A DNA stretch of 44,127 bases, taken from Bacteroidales bacterium. Its GTDB lineage: Bacteria; Bacteroidota; Bacteroidia; Bacteroidales; FEN-979. A program made the position numbers and the translations under genes. Every line of letters starts with the position of its first letter. Position 1 is the first letter of the stretch. Positions 1-10,039 of the stretch are shown in pieces. The notes below the pieces were generated by a model that did not search any database, was not told the origin of the DNA, and saw nothing but the letters and a program-made list of their open reading frames with translations. The stretch is from contig JBEKQA010000005.1 in NCBI GenBank assembly GCA_049520195.1, positions 1 through 44,127 of the forward strand, read 5' to 3'.

Positions 1-394
1 TTGCCCACATTATTCTGCCTTTTTCTGTAATGTCCGTTCCGGCTCCAGATACGTAGCAAAATATCATTTCGGGATTGAGCCTGCTTAATGTTTGTGCCAC
101 ATTTAAGGTCAGTGTATAAGAGATTCTTGTATATTCCGGTTCCTTCATGCCGATGGAGGAAACACCAAGACAAAAGAAACAGGCATTATAGCCCTTAAGC
201 TGATTATCAATGGTTGAAAGATCGAATAAATCACTGTGAATGATCTCTTTCAGTTTATCATGGGATACGCCACATGGTCTGCGGTTGATCACCAGAACTG
301 CTTCTACATCAGGATGCAGCAGGCATTCATGTAATACGCCTTCACCGACCATACCCGTCGCACCGGTAATTATTGCTCTTACTTTTGTTTTCAT
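1..394 (-). CDS. NAD(P)-binding epimerase/atypical SDR (CC3/TIP30-like), 3' end runs off the window
   Basis: Manual translation from ATG at 394: MKTKVRAIITGATGMVGEGVLHECLLHPDVEAVLVINRRPCG...FFCLGVSS...YVSGAGTD; Rossmann GxxGxxG motif; absent from the ORF track because it is truncated. Confidence 0.85.
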   Translation of the reverse strand, partial: MKTKVRAIITGATGMVGEGVLHECLLHPDVEAVLVINRRPCGVSHDKLKEIIHSDLFDLSTIDNQLKGYNACFFCLGVSSIGMKEPEYTRISYTLTLNVAQTLSRLNPEMIFCYVSGAGTDITEKGRIMWA

Positions 395-459
395 AGTGTT
401 AGAAAATTATAAACCAAAGTTAATAAGGTTTGACTATTTTTACTTCTTAAAGCTAAATC

Positions 460-1836
460 ATGGAAGACACTTCTACAAAGATTATTGAAAATCTATTGAA
501 TGAACTTAGGAGTTTTTACGGAACTGACCAGACTAAAAGCTTAAGTTTCAGGGTTAAAATGCTCAAACGATTTAAGGCAAACATCATTCGTTATGAGGAG
601 AAAATTACCGGTGCTCTGTGGAAAGATTTACATAAATCGTTCGAAGAATCTTACCTGACCGAAATAAGCATTGTTTTACAAGAAATTGATTATCATCTTA
701 AGCACCTTAAACAGTGGACAAAACCTAGGTCGGTCAATACACCTTTTCATCTTCTTCCTTCATCTGCTAAAATTATTTACGAACCCCTTGGGGTCACGCT
801 TATTATTGCTCCCTGGAATTATCCTTTTCAGCTTCTGATGAATCCTCTCGTAGGTTCAATTTCATCAGGTTGTTGCACAATGCTTAAACCTTCGCCATAT
901 GCGTCCAATATAGCCATGGTTATGGAAGAACTGATTCATGAAACCTTTGAATCGGGTTATATTTCAATAGTTCAGGGAGACCGTAATATAAATGAAATCC
1001 TTTTAAAACAAAGGTTTGATATGATCTTTTTCACAGGGAGCCCAATTGTGGGAAAGGCTGTAATGAAAGCGGCCGCTGAAAATCTGACACCTGTAGTTTT
1101 GGAATTGGGAGGAAAAAGTCCTTGCATAGTTGATTTTGATGCAGATATTAGTAAAGCAGCAAAACGTATCGCCTGGGGAAAAACAATTAATGCCGGGCAG
1201 ACTTGCATCGCCCCTGATTATTTGTTTGTACATCAATCAGTTAAACAAGAATTACTAAGAAAGATAATTGATAACTTTCATAAGATGTATGGTCCTGATG
1301 TTCAATTGAGCAAGTATTATCCAAGGATAGTCAGCCAACGCGCATTTACACGCCTTCAAAAATTGATGGAGCATGGGAGAATAGTCTATGGAGGGACAAT
1401 GGATGCTGATGACAAATATATATCGCCGACCATCATTGATGATGTCAACCCCGAATTTCCAATAATGCAGGAAGAAATTTTCGGGCCTATTTTGCCTGTA
1501 TTGACATTCCATAAAATTGATGAGGTGATTTCTTATATCAATGAAAAAGAGAAACCATTGGCCTTCTATTATTTTGGCAAAAAGAAAAAAGCCAAAGAAA
1601 TATTATCCAAAACAACTTCAGGCGGAGCATGTATAAATGATACGTTAATACATATAGCCAATCATCATTTACCATTTGGTGGGGTGGGGAATAGCGGTTT
1701 TGGCAAATATCATGGGAAAAACAGTTTCCTGGCATTCAGTAATCCACGCAGTGTTGTATATTCACCCGTGTGGATTGACTTGCCGATGCGCTATGCTCCA
1801 TACTGGAAATTTAAATTTGTTAAAAAAATTCTTTGA
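460..1836 (+). CDS. Aldehyde dehydrogenase (ALDH3/YwdH-like)
   Basis: PWNYP, FTGS, catalytic Glu in LELGGKSP, catalytic Cys in GQTCIAPD, EEIFGP. Confidence 0.95.
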   Translation: MEDTSTKIIENLLNELRSFYGTDQTKSLSFRVKMLKRFKANIIRYEEKITGALWKDLHKSFEESYLTEISIVLQEIDYHLKHLKQWTKPRSVNTPFHLLPSSAKIIYEPLGVTLIIAPWNYPFQLLMNPLVGSISSGCCTMLKPSPYASNIAMVMEELIHETFESGYISIVQGDRNINEILLKQRFDMIFFTGSPIVGKAVMKAAAENLTPVVLELGGKSPCIVDFDADISKAAKRIAWGKTINAGQTCIAPDYLFVHQSVKQELLRKIIDNFHKMYGPDVQLSKYYPRIVSQRAFTRLQKLMEHGRIVYGGTMDADDKYISPTIIDDVNPEFPIMQEEIFGPILPVLTFHKIDEVISYINEKEKPLAFYYFGKKKKAKEILSKTTSGGACINDTLIHIANHHLPFGGVGNSGFGKYHGKNSFLAFSNPRSVVYSPVWIDLPMRYAPYWKFKFVKKIL

Positions 1837-1884
1837 AGTTAAAAAGGTCTGCTATAAGACTTTTTCCGTTCCTTTGCAATCATT

Positions 1885-2700
1885 ATGCCTCTTTACATAA
1901 CCTCACTTGCTTCGGGAAGTAATGGCAATTGCTATTATGTTGGCAATGAGCATGAAGCTGTACTTGTCGATGCCGGTATCTCCTGCAGGGAAACAGAACG
2001 GCGGATGGTCCGTCTTGGATTATCAATGCGCAAGGTCAAAGGCATCTTTATTTCTCATGAACACACCGATCATATCCGCGGAGTAGAAGTCATCTCCCGG
2101 AAGTACAGGCTCCCGGTTTTTATTACTACTGCTACTCATAACAACAGCAGGCTCTGGCTTGACCCCGATCTGGTAAAACCGGTTTTCCCCGATGTTCCAG
2201 TAAATATTGGAGGATTAAGCATTCATGCCTTCCCTAAGAAACATGATGCGTCTGAGCCACACAGTTTTACGATTAAAGGGAATGGGATTTCAATTGGCGT
2301 TTTTACCGACATCGGGATGGCCTGCGAGCATGTTATTAAAAACCTCAGCCAGTGCCATGCCGCTTTCCTGGAAGCAAATTATGATGAAAAAATGCTGGAG
2401 GATGGGAATTATCCGGTCTATCTGAAGAAACGAATCCGGGGAGACAATGGGCACCTGTCTAACCACCAGGCACTGGAACTATTTAAAACTTATAGGCCTC
2501 CCTTTATGAGTTTGCTGGTTCTGTCACACCTTTCTGCCGAAAACAACTCACCTGAGATTGTACGCGACCTCTTTATTAGACATGCCGGTGGTGTCCATAT
2601 TGTCGTAGCTTCACGATACGAGGAAACCGAAGTCTTCTGTATTGAACATGATAAAAATAAGAAGGGTCCAAGCGCTAAAAATCAATTAAGTATCTTCTGA
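1885..2700 (+). CDS. MBL-fold metallo-hydrolase (YycJ/WalJ-like)
   Basis: SLASGSNGN, VDAG, SHEHTDH (HxHxDH), EANYD, GHLSN, HLSAENN. Confidence 0.9.
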   Translation: MPLYITSLASGSNGNCYYVGNEHEAVLVDAGISCRETERRMVRLGLSMRKVKGIFISHEHTDHIRGVEVISRKYRLPVFITTATHNNSRLWLDPDLVKPVFPDVPVNIGGLSIHAFPKKHDASEPHSFTIKGNGISIGVFTDIGMACEHVIKNLSQCHAAFLEANYDEKMLEDGNYPVYLKKRIRGDNGHLSNHQALELFKTYRPPFMSLLVLSHLSAENNSPEIVRDLFIRHAGGVHIVVASRYEETEVFCIEHDKNKKGPSAKNQLSIF

Positions 2701-2760
2701 AAATCAAAAATCATATTCTTTCAACTCAAAACAAAGCATAAATTACCAACGATTGTTCTC

Positions 2761-3486
2761 ATGCGGTTGCTCCTTGGTTTAATAGCCTTGTTCATCATTC
2801 CGGGATCGGTTCTGGCCCTTTGGGATGCATTGATCGTCATAGCAGGAAATCCTGATATCTGGATTCCACTGGTCTGTGGACTTGCTTTGGGGATTCCTTT
2901 TTATTTCATCGTAATCAGGAAGATCCATGTCATTTCGACCTTTGAACATGAGCTCACGCATGCCTTGGTAGCTTTTCTTTTTTTGAGACGAATTCACAAA
3001 TTCATTGTTACCTCGAAACGAGGAGGCCAGGTTCAGTATTCAGGGAACTTTGGTGGTGAATTCGGGAACCTTCTCATAGGACTGGCTCCTTATTACCTTC
3101 CTACATTGACCCTCATCGCTGTTCTTGCGAGGCCTTTTCTTCCAACAGGATGGTTCCCTTGGTATGATGGCTTTATCGGGGCTACACTTGCCTTTCACAT
3201 ATTCTCTACGATAGATGAAACAAGACTTTCCTGGACAAAACACAGTTTTACAGGTACAGGAGATCATCAAAAGACGAAGTCAGATATCGGAAAAGTAGGT
3301 TATTTCTTTGCATTCCTGGTCATAACCGGGTTCGGTATTTTTCTTCTCGGGTTGTCATTGCAACTTATGGGTACTGGCTATTCCGGAACATGGCACTTTC
3401 TGAAACAGGTTGCAATAAATTCTTATTCTGACTATGATTCAATAATCCGGGAAATTTACACGTTTCTGGCACCGTTTATCAGATAA
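2761..3486 (+). CDS. M50B-like membrane metallopeptidase
   Basis: HELTH (HExxH) within a hydrophobic protein, LAPY, late SD motif. Confidence 0.7.
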   Translation: MRLLLGLIALFIIPGSVLALWDALIVIAGNPDIWIPLVCGLALGIPFYFIVIRKIHVISTFEHELTHALVAFLFLRRIHKFIVTSKRGGQVQYSGNFGGEFGNLLIGLAPYYLPTLTLIAVLARPFLPTGWFPWYDGFIGATLAFHIFSTIDETRLSWTKHSFTGTGDHQKTKSDIGKVGYFFAFLVITGFGIFLLGLSLQLMGTGYSGTWHFLKQVAINSYSDYDSIIREIYTFLAPFIR

Positions 3487-3644
3487 TAACCTCCGATTAA
3501 CAACATTCATCGACAATTCGAAGTATCAGAACGAGTACATTTCCTATTTTCCTGAATAAATAGCATTTTTGATACTGAAGTTGTAACGTTTGAGAAATAC
3601 AGGAGTCTAATATACGTTAACCAATTAAGTTATTAATTCATTAC

Positions 3645-4319
3645 ATGATCAATATAAAGAACATTCATAAATCATATGTAACCGGCCAGTCAAAATTACA
3701 TGTTTTGAAAGGAATTGACCTGGAAATTCACGCCGGCGAGATGGTTTCTGTAATGGGGGCATCAGGTTCAGGAAAGTCAACATTGCTTAATATACTTGGG
3801 ATCCTTGATAATTATGATACTGGAGAATATTCACTTGACGGTACTGCAATCAGGAAGCTGAATGAAAGAAAAGCAGCTGCGATGCGGAATAAATTGCTTG
3901 GATTCGTTTTCCAGTCTTTTAATCTGATCTCTTTCAAAAACGCGATGGAGAACGTGGCATTACCATTGTATTACCAGAAGGTGAGCCGTAAAAAACGCAA
4001 TCTCATTGCTATGGAGTACCTGGAAAGAATGGGACTGAAAGAATGGGCACATCATCTTCCAAATGAACTGTCGGGTGGCCAAAAACAACGTATTGCCATT
4101 GCCCGTGCTTTGATTGCAAAACCAAAAGTTATCCTGGCTGACGAACCCACGGGTGCACTCGACTCAGTCACATCTCTTGAAATGATGGAAATACTTCAGG
4201 AGATCAACCGCACAGGGATCACAATGGTGATTGTTACACATGAGCATGATATTGCCTTGCGGACACAAAAGACGATACGTATCACTGACGGTATTATCAC
4301 CGAGATTGTCATCAACTAG
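3645..4319 (+). CDS. ABC transporter ATP-binding protein (MacB/LolD family)
   Basis: Walker [15 protein letters not shown] signature, [14 protein letters not shown]. Confidence 0.95.
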   Translation: MINIKNIHKSYVTGQSKLHVLKGIDLEIHAGEMVSVMGASGSGKSTLLNILGILDNYDTGEYSLDGTAIRKLNERKAAAMRNKLLGFVFQSFNLISFKNAMENVALPLYYQKVSRKKRNLIAMEYLERMGLKEWAHHLPNELSGGQKQRIAIARALIAKPKVILADEPTGALDSVTSLEMMEILQEINRTGITMVIVTHEHDIALRTQKTIRITDGIITEIVIN

Positions 4320-4342
4320 GGATTCCCAATATTAATAACAGA

Positions 4343-5581
4343 ATGTTTGAGCTAGATAAATGGCAGGAAATTTTTAGTACGGTTCAAAAGAACAAACTCC
4401 GTACTTTTCTTACGGGGTTCAGTGTAGCTTGGGGGATATTCATGCTTGTTGTTCTGCTGGGCTCGGGAAAAGGATTGGAGAATGGTGTTGCTGAACAATT
4501 CAAAGGAGGAGCCACCAATGGTGTTTGGATCACCAGTGGGGTTACAAGCATGAAATATAAAGGACTGAAGACAGGACGAACTATAAAATTTACCAATGAA
4601 GATTATAACTCTTTAAAAACCAATATCAAAGGTCATGATCGTATTTCATCCCGGCTTTTCCTTGGTAATAATCTTACCTCTTACAAAAAACAATATGGCT
4701 CGTTTTTCATATCTCCTTGCCATCCTGATTACGGCTATATTAAAGAGATTGAAATATTGCAGGGACGGTTTGTCAATAATATTGATATCCGCGATTTCAG
4801 AAAAGTCGCTGTAATTGGCGAAAAAGTAAAATCTGCCCTGTTCAAGGGAAGTGATACTGTTGCCATGAGCAAATATATCACCATCAACGGGGTCTTGTTC
4901 AAAGTGGTCGGAATTTTCAGAGATTTCAGCAGGAATGACAATGAACAGCGAAGGATATATATCCCTATTTCTACAGCGCAGCGTATCTTCAATGGGGATA
5001 ATGTTATCCAGCAGATTTCATTCACAACAGGAACAGCAACTCCTGAGCAGGCAAATCTGATGGTTGAGAACACAAAATCACTGCTTTCCCGTGCACATAC
5101 TTACGATATTAAAGATACACGCGCTATTGATGTCTGGAATAAAAATGAGGATGTAAAAAGGTTCAATGCATTATTTTCAGGAATCCGTCTTTTTATCTGG
5201 ATCATAGGCATTGGAACAATAATAGCTGGTGTGGTTGGGGTGAGTAATATTATGATGATCGTTGTAAAAGAACGAACCAAGGAAATAGGAGTCAGAAAGG
5301 CATTGGGTGCTACACCATCGTCAATCATCGGCCTGATACTTCAGGAAGCAATTGTTATTACCGGCTTTTCAGGTTATATCGGTTTGGTTCTGGGCATCGG
5401 TTTGCTTGAGCTTGTTTCAAGTAAAATGCCGGCAACCGACTTTTTTAAAAACCCGGAAGCAGATTTTTCCATCGCAGTGGGTGCTACAATCCTTCTTATT
5501 GTGGCAGGTGCTATTGCCGGTTTGGTACCGGCAATGAAAGCTTCACAAGTCAGACCAGTAGATGCTTTACGTGATGAATAA
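4343..5581 (+). CDS. ABC transporter permease (MacB/FtsX family)
   Basis: NKLRTFLT N-terminus, one TM, large periplasmic domain, VKERTKEIGVRKALGA, three C-terminal TMs, PVDALR. Confidence 0.93.
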   Translation: MFELDKWQEIFSTVQKNKLRTFLTGFSVAWGIFMLVVLLGSGKGLENGVAEQFKGGATNGVWITSGVTSMKYKGLKTGRTIKFTNEDYNSLKTNIKGHDRISSRLFLGNNLTSYKKQYGSFFISPCHPDYGYIKEIEILQGRFVNNIDIRDFRKVAVIGEKVKSALFKGSDTVAMSKYITINGVLFKVVGIFRDFSRNDNEQRRIYIPISTAQRIFNGDNVIQQISFTTGTATPEQANLMVENTKSLLSRAHTYDIKDTRAIDVWNKNEDVKRFNALFSGIRLFIWIIGIGTIIAGVVGVSNIMMIVVKERTKEIGVRKALGATPSSIIGLILQEAIVITGFSGYIGLVLGIGLLELVSSKMPATDFFKNPEADFSIAVGATILLIVAGAIAGLVPAMKASQVRPVDALRDE

Positions 5582-5605
5582 TATTACTATGATTTTCAAT
5601 TAAGA

Positions 5606-6857
5606 ATGATGTTTGATCTGGATCGCTGGCAGGAAATTTATCATGTGCTTAGGAAGAATAAGCTCAGAACCTTCCTTACCGCCTTTGGCGTGTTCTGGGG
5701 GATTTTCATGCTGGTGATCATGCTGGGTTCGGGAACAGGGTTACAGAATGGTGTCACTCAGAATTTTGGTGATATGGCTACCAATAGTGTTTTTATATGG
5801 GCACAGCAGACCTCTGTTTCTTACAAAGGTTTTCCGCGGGGAAGAAGGTTCGATTACGAGAATAGTGACATCAAAGCGTTGCAAGATGCAATCCCGGAGA
5901 TTAAATACCTGGCCCCGAGAACCAATGTTGGAGGTTATGACGGCTCAAGTAACGTGGTAAGGAAACTAAAATCCGGCCAGTTCCAGCTTTTCGGAGATTA
6001 TCCTGTTTTTAACAAGATTGATCCGGTAAATATGCTTGAAGGCCGGTTCCTGAATGACCTTGATCTTAAAGAGAAAAGAAAAGTAGTAGTGATCGGTCAG
6101 CGAGTGGTTGATATCCTTTTTGAAAAAGGTGCAGTACATCCAGATCAATGGAGTATATTTTATGGTGATTGGAGTCTTTAAATCAAAACGCACAGGCGAG
6201 GCTGCTTCCAGTGATGATCAGCGAATATTTATGCCTTTCACGACTTTGCAGCGTACGTTCAATTATGGCAACACCATTGGATTTTTTAATATTACCTCAA
6301 AAGACGATGTCCCTGTTGATGTGGTCGAAAGAAAAGCAATAGAAGTACTGAAGAAAAGACATTCCGTGGCCCCATCAGATGATGATGCGATCGGTCATTT
6401 TAACCTGAAGAAGGAATATGATAAGATGGTGGGATTGTTCTTTGGGATCCACCTCCTAGTGTGGATAGTAGGTACCGGTACCCTTCTGGCAGGAGTCATC
6501 GGTGTAAGTAATATAATGCTTGTGGTTGTGAAAGAACGGACAAAGGAAATCGGGATACAAAGAGCCTTGGGTGCATCCCCTTTTAATATCATCACCCAGA
6601 TTATTACCGAATCTATAGTGCTAACAACCTTTGCAGGCTATTTCGGACTGGTTATTGGCGTGGGCCTTCTTGAGCTTATTAATTTTCTGCTCACCACCTC
6701 AGGCGCGAATACCGAAATGTTTGTTCATCCCGGGGTCGATTTTAAAGTAGCCATTACGGCATTGTGCATTCTTATTATTTCCGGAGCTCTTGCAGGATTT
6801 ATTCCAGCGAGAAGAGCTGTATCCGTTAAACCTATTGATGCACTCAGATATGAATAG
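5606..6857 (+). pseudogene. Second MacB-family ABC permease, frameshifted by an apparent short deletion near 6131
   Basis: N-half (5606..6181 ORF) and C-half (6108..6857 ORF) join as ...LFEKG / QYIQINGVYF...; alignment to the upstream paralog shows about 5-6 residues missing. Could be an assembly artefact. Confidence 0.8.
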
Positions 6858-6905
6858 CATAAAAATATGACTATAAAACAATATGAACCTGTTTAATATC
6901 TATCT

Positions 6906-8009
6906 ATGAAGAAAATAATTAAAATCGCTGTACTTGTAATTATTCTTGCAATTTTTCTTCTCACCATTGTCTATTTATATAATAAATCTAAACAAAAGGC
7001 AGTCGTTTTTAAGACGGAATCTCCATTCATTACGTCTATTACTAGAAAAACGGTTGCGACAGGATCTGTTATACCCAGGAAGGAAATTGAGATTAAACCT
7101 GTTGTTTCCGGAATCGTGGAAGAGATTTATATTGAACCGGGAAAGAATATCAAGCAAGGACAAAACATTGCCAAGGTCAGGATTATTCCTGACCTTGTAA
7201 ACCTTAATAATGCAGAAGGCCGCGTTGACAGGGCAAAAATTGCTTTGGATGATGCAAAGGTAAGCTACGACCGTGAGGAGAAGCTGTTTAAACAAGGTAT
7301 CGTAGCACAATCAGAATTTCAGCCTTATCAGGTTTCTTATAAAAATGCCCGCCAGGAAATGGATGCGGCAGAGGCTAACCTTGAACTTATCAGAGAAGGA
7401 GTGAATAAAAAGTCAGGGAAAGTGACCAATACCCTTATTGCATCTACCATTGATGGAATGATACTTGATATTCCTGTAAAGGTCGGAACCAGTGTAATCG
7501 AAGCGAATACCTTCAATGCCGGTACTACCATTGCTACTGTAGCGGATGTACGAGACATGATTTTCAATGGGAAGGTAGATGAAACAGAAGTTGGCAAGAT
7601 CAAACCCGGAATGAAACTTCTCCTTTCTATCGGGGCCATTGAAAATGACACCTTCCAGGCGACCTTGAAATACATTGCCCCTAAAGGGGTTGTTGAAAAT
7701 GGGGCTGTACAATTCGAAATAAAAGCCGATGTCAATCTGAAAGAAGATCAGTTTATAAGAGCCGGCTATAGTGCGAATGCTGATATCGTCCTGGAAAAGA
7801 AAGATAAAGTCCTTGCTGTCCGTGAGGGTGACCTTCTTTTCGAAGGTGATTCCACATATGTTGAAGTTGAAACAGCACCCCAGAAATTTGAGAAACGGCT
7901 GATAAAAACCGGTTTATCCGATGGTATAAATATAGAAGTCCTCTCCGGCTTAACCGCAAAGGACAAAATAAAAATTCAGCAGCTTAACGCTTCTCCAGAT
8001 AAAAAATAA
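6906..8009 (+). CDS. Efflux periplasmic adaptor subunit (MacA/HlyD family)
   Basis: N-terminal TM anchor, ATGSV, lipoyl-like halves (VSGIVEEI / IDGMIL), coiled-coil hairpin, TGLSDG. Confidence 0.93.
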   Translation: MKKIIKIAVLVIILAIFLLTIVYLYNKSKQKAVVFKTESPFITSITRKTVATGSVIPRKEIEIKPVVSGIVEEIYIEPGKNIKQGQNIAKVRIIPDLVNLNNAEGRVDRAKIALDDAKVSYDREEKLFKQGIVAQSEFQPYQVSYKNARQEMDAAEANLELIREGVNKKSGKVTNTLIASTIDGMILDIPVKVGTSVIEANTFNAGTTIATVADVRDMIFNGKVDETEVGKIKPGMKLLLSIGAIENDTFQATLKYIAPKGVVENGAVQFEIKADVNLKEDQFIRAGYSANADIVLEKKDKVLAVREGDLLFEGDSTYVEVETAPQKFEKRLIKTGLSDGINIEVLSGLTAKDKIKIQQLNASPDKK

Positions 8010-8019
8010 TCTGGTTTCG

Positions 8020-8027
8020 TACCTTTG
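8020..8027 (+). promoter_or_regulatory. Bacteroidota sigma-A -7 element (TACCTTTG) for the channel gene
   Basis: Matches TAnnTTTG about 20-30 nt upstream of the start. Confidence 0.55.
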
Positions 8028-8048
8028 AGGTGACAAAAATCCGGTCAG

Positions 8049-8876
8049 ATGCACATGAATTTTCCCATCAGGACCCGGGAAATCCTGCGATTCTGTTTTC
8101 TTTCCTTCTGCGTTTATGCCTTGTTTATAATATTTTTTGCTTATTGCTACTATGTTACAAACAGCATTGCACTCACGCCTTATGCAAAACCTCAGACAGA
8201 AAAACTCGATTTTGCCCAATCGATTTATTTCAGCATTGTCACGTTCCATACCATCGGGTATGGTGATATTCATCCTGTTACCAGCCTCGGGAGGACTTTG
8301 GTAATGATTCAATCGGCCATCTCAATTTTTTTCACGGCTATGTTTTCAGGGCTGCTGGTCTATTTTGTCATCAAACGTCCGAACGATATCTTCTCTACGA
8401 AGAAAATCTATATTCGTCACCGGAATAATAATTACTGGCTCTCTGTCAGGCTTGGAAACAAAGGCAGGTCGATTATTGACGTGAATGGAAGGTTTGAAGC
8501 ATGGACCATCGAAAATAATTCCAGGATCAGGGCATTTCAATATCAACGCGATCTTCCCGATCTGGAACGGATATTATATCATGATATTAACCTGGATGAC
8601 CCGCGTAATCAAAAACTCAGAGAAGCCTTGCTAAAGGCACTTCATGGGAAATTCAAACTGCACATGAAACTATCCGTTATCGGTAATGATATAAATACCG
8701 GCGAGCAGGTTGCTTTTGCCAAATTCTTCGATTCATCTGACCTGGTTTTCGGCAAGACCTTTTTGAATGTTTACTCCTGGGATGCCAACGGCCACCGGAA
8801 AGATTTCCAATGGAAGAACTTCGAACGCATAGAACCCATGGAGCCAGAATTCATTAAGTTCTTCGAACAGACTTGA
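8049..8876 (+). CDS. Two-TM potassium channel with KirBac-like cytoplasmic domain
   Basis: Pore helix and filter FSIVTFHTIGYGD between two TMs; C-terminal VRLGNKGRSII resembles the Kir RxxNxR motif. Confidence 0.8.
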   Translation: MHMNFPIRTREILRFCFLSFCVYALFIIFFAYCYYVTNSIALTPYAKPQTEKLDFAQSIYFSIVTFHTIGYGDIHPVTSLGRTLVMIQSAISIFFTAMFSGLLVYFVIKRPNDIFSTKKIYIRHRNNNYWLSVRLGNKGRSIIDVNGRFEAWTIENNSRIRAFQYQRDLPDLERILYHDINLDDPRNQKLREALLKALHGKFKLHMKLSVIGNDINTGEQVAFAKFFDSSDLVFGKTFLNVYSWDANGHRKDFQWKNFERIEPMEPEFIKFFEQT

Positions 8877-8903
8877 TTTCAGAAAAAACAGAGATATCCA
8901 ATA

Positions 8904-9848
8904 TCAGAACCTTTTCACATAACCATGACAGTAAGGAAGAGTTCCCTTGTGCTCATAATAATCCTGATGGTAATCTTCAGCTTTCCAGAAAGGTGAAGCT
9001 TTTTTAACTTCAGTAACAACATCCAGACCCTTTTCCCTGAGCAGGTTTATCAGCTTTTCAGCTGTCTTTTTCTGATCATCATTACGATAGAAAACTGCAG
9101 AACGATATTGCTCGCCATAATCAGGGCCCTGGTGATTCCATTGCGTCGGATCATGGATCTCAAAGAACATCCGGGCTACGGTTTCATAGTTTGTCTGAGA
9201 CGGATCAAAGGCTACCTCAACAGCCTCATAATGACCAGTTTTCCCCGAACAAACCTCCTCATAAGTCGGGTGATCTTTGTGCCCTCCTGTATATCCTGAA
9301 GTAACTGATTTCACCCCCTTTATTTTATGCATATAATATTCAACTCCCCAGAAACATCCTCCTGCAAAGATAGCTGTATCGGTTTTTTCAACCGGATTTT
9401 TGGTGACCTTTGCTGCAGCAACGAAATCCAGTGATATGGAATTCACACAATTACGGGTGTTTTTAGGAGTAAAGCCTTCTCCTATGAACACATGACCCAG
9501 GTGAGCCCCGCACTTTGCACATTCGATTTCTGTCCTTATACCGTCTGCATCAGGAATACGCTTGATAGCACCTGGTATCTCATCATCAAAACTTGGCCAT
9601 CCGCACTGGGCATCAAATTTATCGTCTGAACGGAACAAAGGGGTTCCGCATCTTTTACAAACATAAACTCCCTTACCATAGAACTTATCGTATTTACCTG
9701 TGAACGGAGCCTCGGTTCCTTTATAGACAATAACCTGTTCCTCTTCTGGTGTAAGTTTCTTGAATTCCATTTTCTTCGTGGTATTTTGGGTACAACCCGT
9801 TGAAAGCAGTGAAAATAAAAAAAGAATATTTATAATGACACTTTTCAT
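8904..9848 (-). CDS. msrAB: Bifunctional methionine sulfoxide reductase MsrB-MsrA, predicted lipoprotein
   Basis: MsrB: GTEAPF, CKRC/CAKC zinc sites, CGWPSF, HLGHVF, RNCVNS. MsrA: GGCFWG, HDPT, AEDYHQDY. Lipobox LSTGC. Confidence 0.95.
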   Translation of the reverse strand: MKSVIINILFLFSLLSTGCTQNTTKKMEFKKLTPEEEQVIVYKGTEAPFTGKYDKFYGKGVYVCKRCGTPLFRSDDKFDAQCGWPSFDDEIPGAIKRIPDADGIRTEIECAKCGAHLGHVFIGEGFTPKNTRNCVNSISLDFVAAAKVTKNPVEKTDTAIFAGGCFWGVEYYMHKIKGVKSVTSGYTGGHKDHPTYEEVCSGKTGHYEAVEVAFDPSQTNYETVARMFFEIHDPTQWNHQGPDYGEQYRSAVFYRNDDQKKTAEKLINLLREKGLDVVTEVKKASPFWKAEDYHQDYYEHKGTLPYCHGYVKRF

Positions 9849-10008
9849 TTCTTAATTAAATTAGAATTGATCTTAATTAATACGAAGGAATGAATAAATT
9901 ATTATCGAAATAATTAAAATATCATTGAATTTAGATTCCGGGATCCTGAGCTCGTCATCCGGAGGCCTCCTGAAAGAGCTGAGAGTCATTGTTACTGAAT
10001 TAATTTGA

Positions 10009-10016
10009 TATCTTTG
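10009..10016 (+). promoter_or_regulatory. -7 promoter element TATCTTTG upstream of the kinase
   Basis: TAnnTTTG consensus ending 23 nt before the ATG. Confidence 0.6.
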
Positions 10017-10039
10017 CGACCTCATAGAAAAATGATAAA

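Noticed and set aside
240-488. 82-aa plus-strand ORF
   Set aside because: It is the antisense shadow of the truncated minus-strand epimerase at 1-394
6108-6181. Programmed ribosomal frameshift in the permease
   Set aside because: Residues are missing relative to the paralog, so frameshifting alone would not restore the protein
9935-9975. GC-rich palindromic patch between msrAB and the kinase as an ncRNA
   Set aside because: Only short imperfect palindromes, with no second copy or recognisable RNA family
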